DNA of 64,000 nucleotides from Octopus bimaculoides (Eukaryota): NCBI RefSeq assembly GCF_001194135.2, contig NC_068991.1, positions 8,953,927 to 9,017,926 of the forward strand, read 5' to 3'. Shown piece by piece: positions 26,404 to 64,000 of this stretch (position 1 is its first letter; each line of letters starts with the position of its first letter). The notes under the pieces were generated by a model. It saw only the letters and a program-made list of their open reading frames with translations, ran no database searches and was not told where the DNA came from. The position numbers and the translations under genes were made by a program.

Positions 26404-27832
26404 GCCAAGGCTGCGAGCTGGCAGAATCGTTAGCACGCTGAATGAAATGCTTAGTGATATTTCGCCCATTCCTATGTTCTGAGTTCAAATTCTGCTGAGG
26501 TCAACTTCACTTTTCATCCTTTCGGGGTCAATAAATTAAGTACCAGTGAAAATACTGGGGTCGATGTGATCAACTAGTCCCCTCCCCTGCTCCAAAATTG
26601 AGGGCTTGTGCCTCCAGTAGAAAGGATTTTTATTATTATTACTGTTTATAACAGTAGTGGTGAACCATTTTTTGCCTAAGGGCTCCTTTGATTACTATTT
26701 CATTCAGGTGGACCCCTATAGCCATTCATTGGCTGTAAGAAACTAGCTTCCCAACCACATGGTTCTGGGTCCAGACACACTGTGTATCACCTTGGGCAAG
26801 TGTCTTCTCATATAGCTTCTGGCCAACCAAAGCCTTGTGAGTGGATTTGGTAGACAGAACCTGAAAGAAGTTTGTTGTGTGTGTGTGTGTGTCTTTGTGT
26901 CTTTTTTTGTCCTTCCATACTGATTGAAAATCAGTGTTGGTGTGTTTATGTTCCCATAACCAAGCAGTACAGCAAAAGAGATCAACAGACTAAGTACTAG
27001 GTTTAACAAAAAATAAGTACTGGGGTCGATTTGTTTGACTATAAATTGGATGAGAAAATTTACACTCATATAGGTGCCAGTGCGGTTGTGTAGTAGAAAG
27101 TTTGCTTCCCAGTCACATGGTTCTGGGTTCAGTCCCACTGTGTGTCATCTTGAACAAGTCTTTTTTGCTGTAACCCCATTCTGATCAGAGCCTTGTGAGT
27201 GGATTTGATAGAAACTGAAAAAGAAACCAGTGTGGGTGTGTGTGTTACTGTCTCCTGGTCTTGACATCGTGTGATGATTGTAAACGAGTTTCACCATCAT
27301 ACAAGTGGTGTCATTTGTTTCTAATATTCCATGAGAACATATCTGATTATGGGGAAATATCACCTTCCCTGGCAACAGGAAGGGCATCTGGCTGTAGAAA
27401 ATCTGCCTCAACAAATTCCATTCTACCCACGCAAGCATGGAAAAGTGGATGATGATGTTTTTCAACCACAACATGACCATAACATTAGCAACACCATTAA
27501 AAGATTGTTTGCTCAGCAAGTCAACGGATGTAGATGTCCTTTTCATGTGAGAGTAAAGCAGAATCTATTAAAGAATAATGAGTGACATCATATGCTCTGG
27601 GAGGTTAAACAGCACCCAATAAAGGACCCCTACTCAAATCAAAAAATGCTTGGAAAAGGTATGGTCTTCTGTGGAGTATGTAATGAAAGAAGACTGCCCT
27701 GGATGATGGTGATGTCTGCAGTAGAGAACAATAGACCCTAATAGTGACCACAAATATAGAATATCCAAGGAATTTGTGATGACTACTTTATATGAGTCAG
27801 GTGATGCTGTATATGAGATGACAAGGGATTAA

Positions 27833-28053
27833 CCCTTTGGCATTCAAATTATTCTATCAAAAGTAGTGCTTATTTTGTTACATTGTTTTGAATTAATCAT
27901 GGATTATCTTGTAGCTTTGAGAGTTTGATGAAGTAATTGTTAATTTTTAAAATGATAATGTAGGGTTGCTGTGAGGTGGCCAGATTCGGCCAGTTTGAAC
28001 ATGAAACAGGTAGAATATTTTGGCCAGACATGGCCAGTTTAACTACTAAAGGG
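27833..28053. mobile_element. piggyBac-like MITE, second family
   Basis: TTAA|CCCTTTGGCATT ... ACTAAAGGG|TTAA. Related pieces at about 10290, 22020-22150 and 44846-45063. Confidence 0.65.
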
Positions 28054-29206
28054 TTAAAGTGTTCCAGGTGCTACCATCTTATTTTGTTTTTCTGCAGTAG
28101 CATAGCTGAGTTTGAAAAGAAATGTGGCCTCATGATTAGACAACTGAGCTCATATTCATAAGGTTGTAGGTTCGATTCTTTGTCCAGGACACAGGTTTTG
28201 TCCTTGAGCAAAGCACTTTAGTTCACACTGTTTCAGACCACTCAGTTGGCAAAAGTAAATATTAAGACCAGTAGAGTACTCGTCAACGTCTAATTAGCAA
28301 GGCAGTGTTAATGAGTTAGTATGAGCAAAATCCTTCAGGCATGAAGAAGAATGCATCCATCCAGCAATAGGCTGCCATATCTTATATTTACCATTTGCAT
28401 TTTTTATTCCCTAGGTATACACTTTCTAGTGTATTTTTTCTTATTTAAGACATTAGGAGGTGATTTAAAGATTTCAGTTACTATTTCTAGCAGGCCATCA
28501 GGTTGCATGGAGGTTTGCTCATTGGCTTGTGTAATGTGGTGATGTCATTGATTGGAGAAAAATGTATGATATTGTAGGATGATTAAAAACAGAAGACCTG
28601 AAGTAGGTAGAAAGATTGTATATGCATCAGAAGTGTAATGCTGTGTGATAGTGATTACAGAGGACCTGAAATACTGATCAAAGGTGAGACACTATTGTAT
28701 GACAATTAAAACAGCAAGCTTGCAGTGATTAGAGGGTGTATGTGTGTGTGTGTGTTGGTGATGCTGTGCTGTATGACATCGATCGTAGAAGACCTGCAGT
28801 AATTAAAGAGACGATGATGTCATGTTGTATTAAGAGTTAAAACATAGGTGATAAAAACAGAGGATTGATAGCAGCAGAAGAGGGAAGGGTTGAGTACGGA
28901 TCAATAAGTATGCAGTATTAACGTATTTGAGGAGAGGGTTGGGTCAAATGGTGTGAGAAGAAAGCAACTGGACATTAAAGGTATTGGAAGATTGATTCAG
29001 CAGAGACGAACAGATGCTGGTGTCGTCGTGTTATGTTTTTGAGTGCTGCATAGAGGCTAAAAGGGGGTGTGATTGATGGAAGTAGATAGGTCGGGGCCTG
29101 AAAGTGTTAGGCTGGTGTGTGGAAATGACACAGGACTGAGAGGCATGGAAAGTTGCTGTATTGCAGATTGCAGACCTACCCAACCCTATTGCAAGCTACA
29201 GATATA

Positions 29207-29318
29207 CAGGGTAATTCAAAATGAATGGTACACCCCCCCCCCAGTATTTTTGCAATATGTTCATTACAACAGTCGCATGTATTTTTCCATTTTGTACTAT
29301 TCGTTTTTAAATACCCTG
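29207..29318. mobile_element. Tc1/mariner-type MITE
   Basis: TA|CAGGGTAATTCAAAATGAATGGTACA ... TGTACTATTCGTTTTTAAATACCCTG|TA. Confidence 0.75.
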
Positions 29319-31240
29319 TATTAAATGCTTGATAAGGTAGGAGTGGGGTGAATGGAAAATATGTATGTACATCCTTCTATTCATTCATTCATGCATATTT
29401 ACATATACATGCATGCACACACACATGCACACTATACATACGTGCTTACATATTATATTTATATATATATATATATTATGTATGTATATATAAATATATA
29501 TATTAGATGGATTTATTTAGCCAATGTAGCAGACCAGATGATGAGTTGGCTGTCACTTTTGTTATCGTGACCAAACATTAACTGACCATTAGTTCAACCG
29601 ACCATCACTGCCACCACTGTCACAAACATCTTCTTCCTCTTCCTCCTCCTCCTCCTCCTCCTCATCATCATCATCATCCTCTTCATCTATAGTTGAAGTT
29701 TGTTGAATTTATTTTTATCTCGCACATGTTTATTGATTTGTCTATTTTTACTTGCTTGCTATATCAGCCGTTTCTTTTCAGTTGCGTTATTCTGGTCGAG
29801 AAAGTGTCTGTTAATTTCTAGTTTTCTTCTTTCTTTTCTTTCCCTTTTCCTTTCCTTTCCTTTTTGTCTATACATTTCAGACCATGGGGAAACGTTGCCA
29901 TGGTGATTCTTATTTAATCAGACTAAGCTTACTTGATTTATAAGTACATCCTCCCTTCAATCATTGTAGTATTTTGGTAGCATTCATGTCTCCTTCTTAC
30001 AGCCGTTGTTTACATCCCTTTTGTTGATTACGTCTGTTTGTCTTCAGCGCTGTCCGCCCACGATTTGTGTGTCTGAGGGGGAGGGGAGCTTTGATGAGCA
30101 TGGTGGAAGGGATTGGAGTAAGCAGGATTTTAGAATGTATGATCCAACTGAGAGAGAAGACAGAAAAATTGCTAAAGCATTTCAAAGACTATAATAAATG
30201 TAAAGATGCTGGAGATGTTGTTTAACCCTAGGTTGGCCCTGATCAAGCAAGCCTATGATCAAAGACATTCCACCAAGACATTCCAAAGACATTCCACCAG
30301 ACAGTGTAATTTCAGCTCAGATTTACAACCTCAAAAAAACCAAAGTGGTGTTAAATTCTTGCATTTTTAAGGTGCAGTAACTTTTCTTTTACCAAAAACA
30401 GAAACTTATAATATTTAATCTTTTATATTTCACTTGCTTCAGTCATTGGATAGCGGCCATGCTGGGGCACTGCCTTGAAGGGTTTTAATTGGACAAATCA
30501 ATCCTAGTAATTGTTTTTAAAGTCTGGTACTTATTCAATTGCTCTTTTTTGCTAAGCTGCCAAGTTATTGGGATGTAAACAAACCATCTTAAGTTGTCAA
30601 GCAGTGTGCACACGCATGTGTGTGTGTGTGTGGTTGTTTTCAGATATAATGCACTGCAGAGCAGAAGGATTCAAACTCCGTGATTTGTAATTTGCAGTTA
30701 AACTTTTTAGCTATTGCTATCTCATGTGTGTGTGTATGTATGTTGTATGTGTGTGTGTGATGGAGCCAGTGGGGGCTCTACAGGCACATAGGCATACACA
30801 TATACCACTTGCACATGCACACACATGTGTGTATACACCCCCTCCCACACACACACACACCTGCATACACACATGATAGGTTTCCACACAGTTTCCGTCT
30901 ATTAGATTCACTCACAAGGCAATGATTAACTTCAGGCTTTAGTAGAAGACGGCCAAGGTGCTGCACCATGGGACTGAACCCAAAACCACATGGTTGCAAA
31001 GTGAGCTTCCTAACTACACAGCCATGCTTGTAGATATTTTTTCATTAATTTCTTACCCAGAAAGTTATCCTCATACCTGTTCTGATTACTTGAAGCAAGG
31101 GATTTTGCTGAAGGCAGCCAAAAGCCATACTCTGGTGTTAAACAAGGTGATGGCTTAAATCTATGGTGCATGCAACCATACCAGTGTCTTTGGCATGTTC
31201 TTGGATATCAGTTTCTTGTATAGAGCACACAGCCTCAAAG

Positions 31241-31273
<33 letters not shown>

Positions 31274-32847
31274 TTTGTGCCTGTGTTTGTCCTCCACCAC
31301 TGCTTGACAACTGGTGTTGGTGTGTTTCCATCCCTGCAACATAGCGACTAGGGTTGATTCATTCAACTAAAATTCTTCAAGGTGGTGGCCACAGTCTAAT
31401 GACTGAAACAAGTTTTAGATAAAAACATAAAAATCCTTGTAACTTAAAACAGTTTTGCAAAAGAGTCTGATAGAATGAATTCCAGATCACAAAATCTTAA
31501 GTGCTGAAGTCAATTTATCTAACGAGACCTCCTTCATTAACTGTGATACTTGTGATTCTAAAAAAATTTTACTGCAAGTTTTAGATGGAGCAAGACAGTT
31601 ATCCGATCTTTTGGATCCTGTCAAAACATCAAACCCATGCCAGTATGGAAAGCAGATGATGACGGTGGCAATGGTGATGACAAAACTGTGGTAGTAGTGG
31701 GAGGAGCATTTGCTTTCGGACACAATGCACTGCAGAACAGAAGGATTCAGACTGCCTGACCCTGTAATTTGCAGTTTAACTTTTTAGCTATCATTATCTG
31801 ATCTGGTTATATTCTGTTGTTGTATCACGTGTTGTTGAAATGTGCTATCCACATTCAGTGGTTGCGGTATCTTATGACCATCTCTTTGAAGAACAAAGAA
31901 TATTTACAGTTAACCTCACTGATTCATTCTCTCTCTCTCTCTCTCTCTAATACGGAATGTAGTTCTTTGTTTCGAGACGGTGATGCATTGTGTAGTTATT
32001 CCGACTCTTAGGTCTTGCTATAAAACCTGCTGACCTTCCCGCCTTAATATTCAAAGTGGTTTCCATTAAAGCAAAACAGCAGAATCCGGGGAAACTAGTG
32101 ATGGTCCACATCGGTAAATAATAAGTACAAAAAGTTCACAAAGTGGAATAAATTCACTCCCATTGAGTTTATCTAATTGTGAATTGAAGCAAATACATGT
32201 TGCTGTTTTTCTTTCCTTCTATGAAAGCCCACTAATGGAGCAAGTCTGCCTGCAGATGCAGTGGTATATGTTTTATGCCTGATACGGTCGGTTGGTTACA
32301 TATCTGTACAATTGACTTATTTATTAAGATTGTTTCCCAATAAAAGCTATTTTCCTCTGATGCTGAAGTAGACTAGTAAAGATATTGATGTACATTTTTA
32401 TTTTATTTTTCCCAGTGTTTGTTCAACTGTATTAGAAACTGATTCACTTAGATCTCTGTTGATAATTCATACGAAACTGATTTACTTTTGTTGTTTCATT
32501 TTCCTGAATAAGTTGTTGATGATGATGATGATTATGTTGTTTACCTCTGCAACATGGTTCGACTATTGATCTAGCTTACCTTTGATCCAAGGTGTGTGCC
32601 AGAGTGGTGACCATCCTGTCTTTTTGTCCATCTAGGACAACATTATCCAATCCTTTACCTTTTTAATTGTTTCAGTCTCTGAACTGCAATCATGCTGGAA
32701 CACAGCACCACTTTGAAGGGTTTAGTCGAACCCCAGGACTTTTTTTTTTTTTTTACATTTGGTACTTATTCTGTTAAATCTCTTTTGCTGAACTGCTAAG
32801 CTACAGGGATATACACAAACCAACTGGTTGTCAAGCAGTGGGACAAA

Positions 32848-32882
<35 letters not shown>

Positions 32883-32942
32883 TCAACAGGCTTCTACACA
32901 GTTTCCATCTACCAAATTCACTCACAAGGCATTAGTTGACCT

Positions 32943-33172
32943 GGGCGAGCTGGTAGAAACGTTAGCAGGCCGGGCGAAATGCTCAGCAGTATTTCGTCTC
33001 CCCGCTACGTTCTGAGTTCAAATTCTGCCGAGGTCGACTTTGCCTTTCATCCTTTCGGGGTCGATTAAATAAGTACCAGTTACGCACTGGGGTCGATATA
33101 ATCGATTTAATCCGTTTGTCTCTCCTTGTTTGTCCCCTCTGTGTGTAGCCCCTTGTGGGTAGTAAAGAAATA
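32943..33172 (+). mobile_element. SINE family B
   Basis: GGCGAGCTGG..AAACGTTAGCA...TAAAGAAATA. Close copies at 33400-33630 and 46948-47150; degenerate copies at about 10480(-), 26410, 37505 and 42490. Confidence 0.85.
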
Positions 33173-35055
33173 ACACCAGAAGACACTTGCCTAAGATGTC
33201 ATGCAGTGGACTTGAACCTGAAACCTCAGGCTTCTTAACCACACTGTTATGCCTGCACCAATCTGTACTCTCCCTTCAACCAAGGAGACTAATTGTGGTT
33301 GTGGTGTTGATTGCTATGGTATTGGCTGCAGTGGTGGTATCTCTAGTACTGGTTATAGTGGTGTTGGCTACAGTACTGGTTTTAACTGGCTTTGATGAAG
33401 GCAGCAAGCTGGCCGAAACGTTAGCACGCCGGGCAAAATGCTTCGTGGTATTTTGTCTGCCGCTACGTTCTGAGTTCAAATTCCGCCGAGGTTGACTTTG
33501 ACTTTCATCCTTTCGGGGTCGATGAATTAAGTACCAGTTACTCACTGGGGTCGAGGTAATCGACTTAATCCGTTTGTCTGAACTTGTTTGTCCCCTCTAT
33601 GTTTAGCCCCTTGTGGGCAATAAAGAAATAAGTACTGGCTTTAACAGTGGTGACTACATTCCTGGCTGTTGTAGTGTTGATTACACTAATGGCTATTGTA
33701 GTGGTTACAGTATAAGTTATTGTGGTGGTGGTTATAACACTGGTTGTAGGTGTTGTGGCGATTGTAGTACAGGCTGTCGTAGTGGTGGTAGCTGTAGGAC
33801 TGACTGCTGTAGTGGTAGTGGTTACTACAATACTGGCTACAGTATGGATATTGTAGTGGTGGTAGTGGCTACAGTATGAACTGTTGTGGTGGTGGTGGTG
33901 GTTACAGTATTTGATGTTGGAGTGGTAGTGGTTACTACAATATCGGTTATAGTACAGACTAGCGATGGTGGTGGCTATAGCACCGGATGTCATCGTATTA
34001 ATGAGTACAGCACTTTATTATTATTAGTAGTTGTAGTAATAGTGTTGGTAGTAGTGGTTGTGGTCACAGTGTTGTTGAATGCCCTACACTGCTGTAAAAA
34101 TTATGTTGTCCACACAAGTAAATAAAGTTGGGGTGGTCGGTCCTGTGCTCATGACTAGATATCACTAATCAATATAATCAATAAACTATTTGATTTGCTG
34201 CAATAAGGAGGAGCCAAATGTCCGAGTCAGCATATTTCTGCTGACAGCCAGGCCAAAACGTTAGAGTCTGCCTGTCCTGCAAAATAGAATTAGTTTAGTT
34301 GCGAAGAAATGGAAATCCATTTGATGTGTTTACTAATTTATCAATGTAATAATAAAAGATCCTGCTTCCCATACATGCATTCATGTGTATGCACATACAT
34401 ATATACATGCATACATATGTACATATATATGTGTATACATACATGTGCACATGTGTATATGGCTTTGTTACGATGGTATATAAATAAAAACAACCGAGTT
34501 ATTGGTGTGAGCCAAGATGTAATGTTGACTATGTAATTCACTTGTGATGGATTCTTCATTAGTTTTTCAGGTGAGCTTTCAGTTGTCCAATTAACTGAAG
34601 CACCTACTTATTTGATTAACGTATAAGTGGCTGAGTTCTCCACAGATGTGTACTCTTAACATAATTCTCCAGCCAAATCAATGTGGCAAGGCTGGGCCTT
34701 TGAATTACAAATATGATCCAATCTATCTGACAAGCCTCCAACTTATTTTCAGACTCCAAATCAAGGCAGTGGATTGGTGGGACTCTTAAAGCATCAACCA
34801 AATTGATGTGAGGGATCTCTTCAAGGTTTTTGCATTCTGCTGTACATCTTTTATCTTTTATCTATCACTGGTTTTGTTCATTGGACCACAGCCATGCTGG
34901 GGTACCACCTTGAAGGGTTTAGTTGAACAAATTGACCCAGTAATTAATTTTTTTTTAAGGCTCAGTGCTTATTGTATTGGTCTCTTTTGCTGAACTGCTA
35001 AGTTACAGGTATGTAAACAAATTAACACTGTTTATTAAGTGGGACAAACACAGAC

Positions 35056-35092
<37 letters not shown>

Positions 35093-35196
35093 TCATCATC
35101 ATCATCATCATCATCATCGTTTAACGTCCGCCTTCCATGCTAGCATGGGTTGGACGATTTGACTGAGGACTGGTGAAACCGGATGGCAACACCAGG

Positions 35197-35233
<37 letters not shown>

Positions 35234-36194
35234 TGGTTTCTTTTAGTTTCTATTTACCAAATCCTCTCACAAGGCCAGCCCAAGTCTATTGTCGAAGACA
35301 CTTGTCCAAGGTGCCATGCAGTGGGACTGAATGCCAAACCATGTGGTTGGGAAGCAAACTTCTTACCACAACCGTGCACATGTATGTAAGCATAAGCATG
35401 GTTTGGTGATTAAGAAGTTTACTTTGCAACCACGAGGACCTAGGTTCAAACTCACTACATGAATCTTTGAGCATTTGTCTTCTATCATAATCTCGGGTTG
35501 AATAAAATTTGGTAGTCTGAAAGTGTGAGTAAGCCAGTCAGATAAATTGTATTTGTAATTCAAAAGCTCAGTCTGTGACAACACCTCTGTGAAGTTGTAT
35601 TGGCCTTAAAACGGTTGGCCTTTCCTTTGTGCCACATCGATGACCAAGAGAGGGGAGATTCACATGCATGTGAAACTGCTACTAAATCTTGCACCAAAAC
35701 GCCCCTTAGTCCAGCCGTGCACATATAACAGAGGCCCCTCCGGTACTGAGCTGAAAGTAAAAACAAAATTCTCTCGTGGATATATAGAAGGTAATTGAAA
35801 GGGATAGTAAATAGTAAGTTGTTTTCCCTGTGGCTATTTTTAGATCAAGAAAAATTGAAACAAACTTCTTTCTTGGAGCACCCAAAACCCTAATCTAACA
35901 TGGTAGGTGGGTGTGGGGGAAGAGAGGGCGATTACTTCTGCTGAGTTTTAAATAGAATCTTCTAATTAATGAGGTCGTAAGAGGTCAGCAAAGGGTTCAA
36001 TATTTTGGTGGTAGTTTGAAGAGATGAATCATATTGCAATAACTGGTTTATTATACTGTTTTATGTCAAACTGCCATAACTTTTCATTCAGTTTCACACT
36101 TGTTTGTATCTGTGTATGTGCTGGGTGGGGGTGGGAAGGAGGAGTTTCTCATTAATCTTTTAGCTTTTATAACTTCTCCTACTCTCCCACCTTC

Positions 36195-36236
<42 letters not shown>

Positions 36237-36239
36237 TCC

Positions 36240-36322
36240 ACCTCCTTCTCACACTCTCTGTTCCTTTGGTCAAACAATGTCGTCGCAGTTAGAAGAGAGT
36301 TGAAAAGCGGAAAAAAAAGGAA
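36240..36322 (+). other. IARS1: Candidate non-coding first exon of IARS1 (start approximate)
   Basis: CpG-retaining segment ending in GAA|GTAAAT (GT at 36323); the next strong acceptor is TTCTTTAG|36884, 10 nt before the ATG. The TSS cannot be seen directly. Confidence 0.4.
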
Positions 36323-36478
36323 GTAAATAAGAAGAAATTACGATTACTTAATAGCAGCCCTAAATTGCAAATTTGGAACAATTCCAAGCATTATTGCGAA
36401 ACTGCTGCCATAAATTGGCAGCTCTGTTGTCACTGGAAATATGTTCCACTTCCAGTTTTTACACATAGATTTAGCAAT

Positions 36479-36515
<37 letters not shown>

Positions 36516-36893
36516 TGTACCTCAGGTTATCATTGCTGTCTTTTTTATCTTTTGCTTGTTTCACTCATTGGACTGCAGCCATACTGGAGCACTGCCTTGA
36601 AGAGTTGTTTTAAATAAATCAATCCCAGTCCTGTTTTTTTTGTTAAATTTTTTTTTCTCTAAATTTAGTACTTACACTTCTGGTCTCTTTCACTGAACTG
36701 CTATGTTATGGGATGTTAACAAACCAACACCAGTTATCAAGTGGTGAGAACGCACACACGATGAGGTTCAACCCTATACTTCAAATTGTTTGGAAGCATT
36801 TTTTTCCTTCTGCCCTTTTCTCAAGGGCTTAGTTTGTGGTACTACTGATCCCTATAACTCTGTTTTATTGTTCTATTCTTTAGGGTTCAATCT

Positions 36894-63534
<26,641 letters not shown>

Positions 63535-64000
63535 GTAAGTAATTGTGTGTGTATTGCTAAAATAGTGTGCATTGTTTCTTTGTCTGCTAAAACATTGCGT
63601 GTATGCATTGTTTCTAAAATATAAGAAACTTGGTGTGTGTATGTATTTATTTGTTTGTGTGTTTTACATCTATTTTCCCATATTTTAGCATAGGTTAAAT
63701 GAGTACATATTATTGAGGCATTGTCTTTTACTGCCAGAAGTCCTTGCATGCCATCCCTTATCTAATTTTCAAGTAAGGTTTTTATTATTCCACTCTTTAA
63801 CAGAAATGTCAGCATCACTGTCTGCAGCTCAGCGATTTTTCAGAGAAGTGCAGAGCGTAAGCATTCACACTGATGCACACACACACACACACACACCATC
63901 ATTATTATTATTTAATGTCTGTCTTCTATGCTGGCATGGCTTGGAAGGGTCAACAAACTGGATACCTTTCTAAACACCAACCATTTTATAGAGTATTAGG

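Larger units (their letters stand above)
17372..30194 (+). other. Candidate multi-exon transcript (17372-17487, 23701-23758, 29881-29902, 30003-)
   Basis: Exon-like blocks with AG/GT boundaries (|GTAAAG, |GTAAGC, |GTGATT), strong pyrimidine tracts at 23700 and 29880, and AATAAA right after 30194. The blocks were hand-picked; coding status is uncertain. Confidence 0.3.

Noticed and set aside
32943-33630. Two close SINE-B copies as a segmental duplication
   Set aside because: The flanks are unrelated and a third equally similar copy lies at 46948; these are independent insertions.
33565-33993. 142-aa Thr-rich mucin-like ORF
   Set aside because: Degenerate (GTA/GTG)n low-complexity DNA overlapping a SINE end.

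Overview
AT-rich, microsatellite- and SINE-dense animal genomic DNA with six N gaps. The repeat landscape looks like a coleoid cephalopod such as Octopus (inference; no database search was run). The main feature is a + strand cytoplasmic isoleucyl-tRNA synthetase gene (IARS1). I reconstructed 26 GT-AG coding exons from 36894 to 63534 with unbroken phase: 3003 nt, 1001 codons, containing HIGH-type HYGH, the CP1 editing domain and KMSKR. The gene continues past the window end. The protein carries unusual substitutions at normally conserved positions, notably His>Gln in the editing-site GTGxVH motif and Trp>Ile in PSWF. Upstream, a CpG-rich island at about 13-16 kb looks like a bidirectional promoter. 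It may drive an unidentified minus-strand gene (exons at 13.4, 5.7 and 1.6-1.9 kb) and a candidate plus-strand multi-exon transcript that may encode a small Cys-rich or secreted protein; both models are low confidence. Other notable items are a 47-bp 28S rRNA fragment covering the R2/I-PpoI target site with that site duplicated, a Merlin-like MITE with a telomeric core, several other MITE classes, RTE and Tigger remnants, and inverted repeats inside introns. Comparisons to human and bacterial IleRS are from memory.
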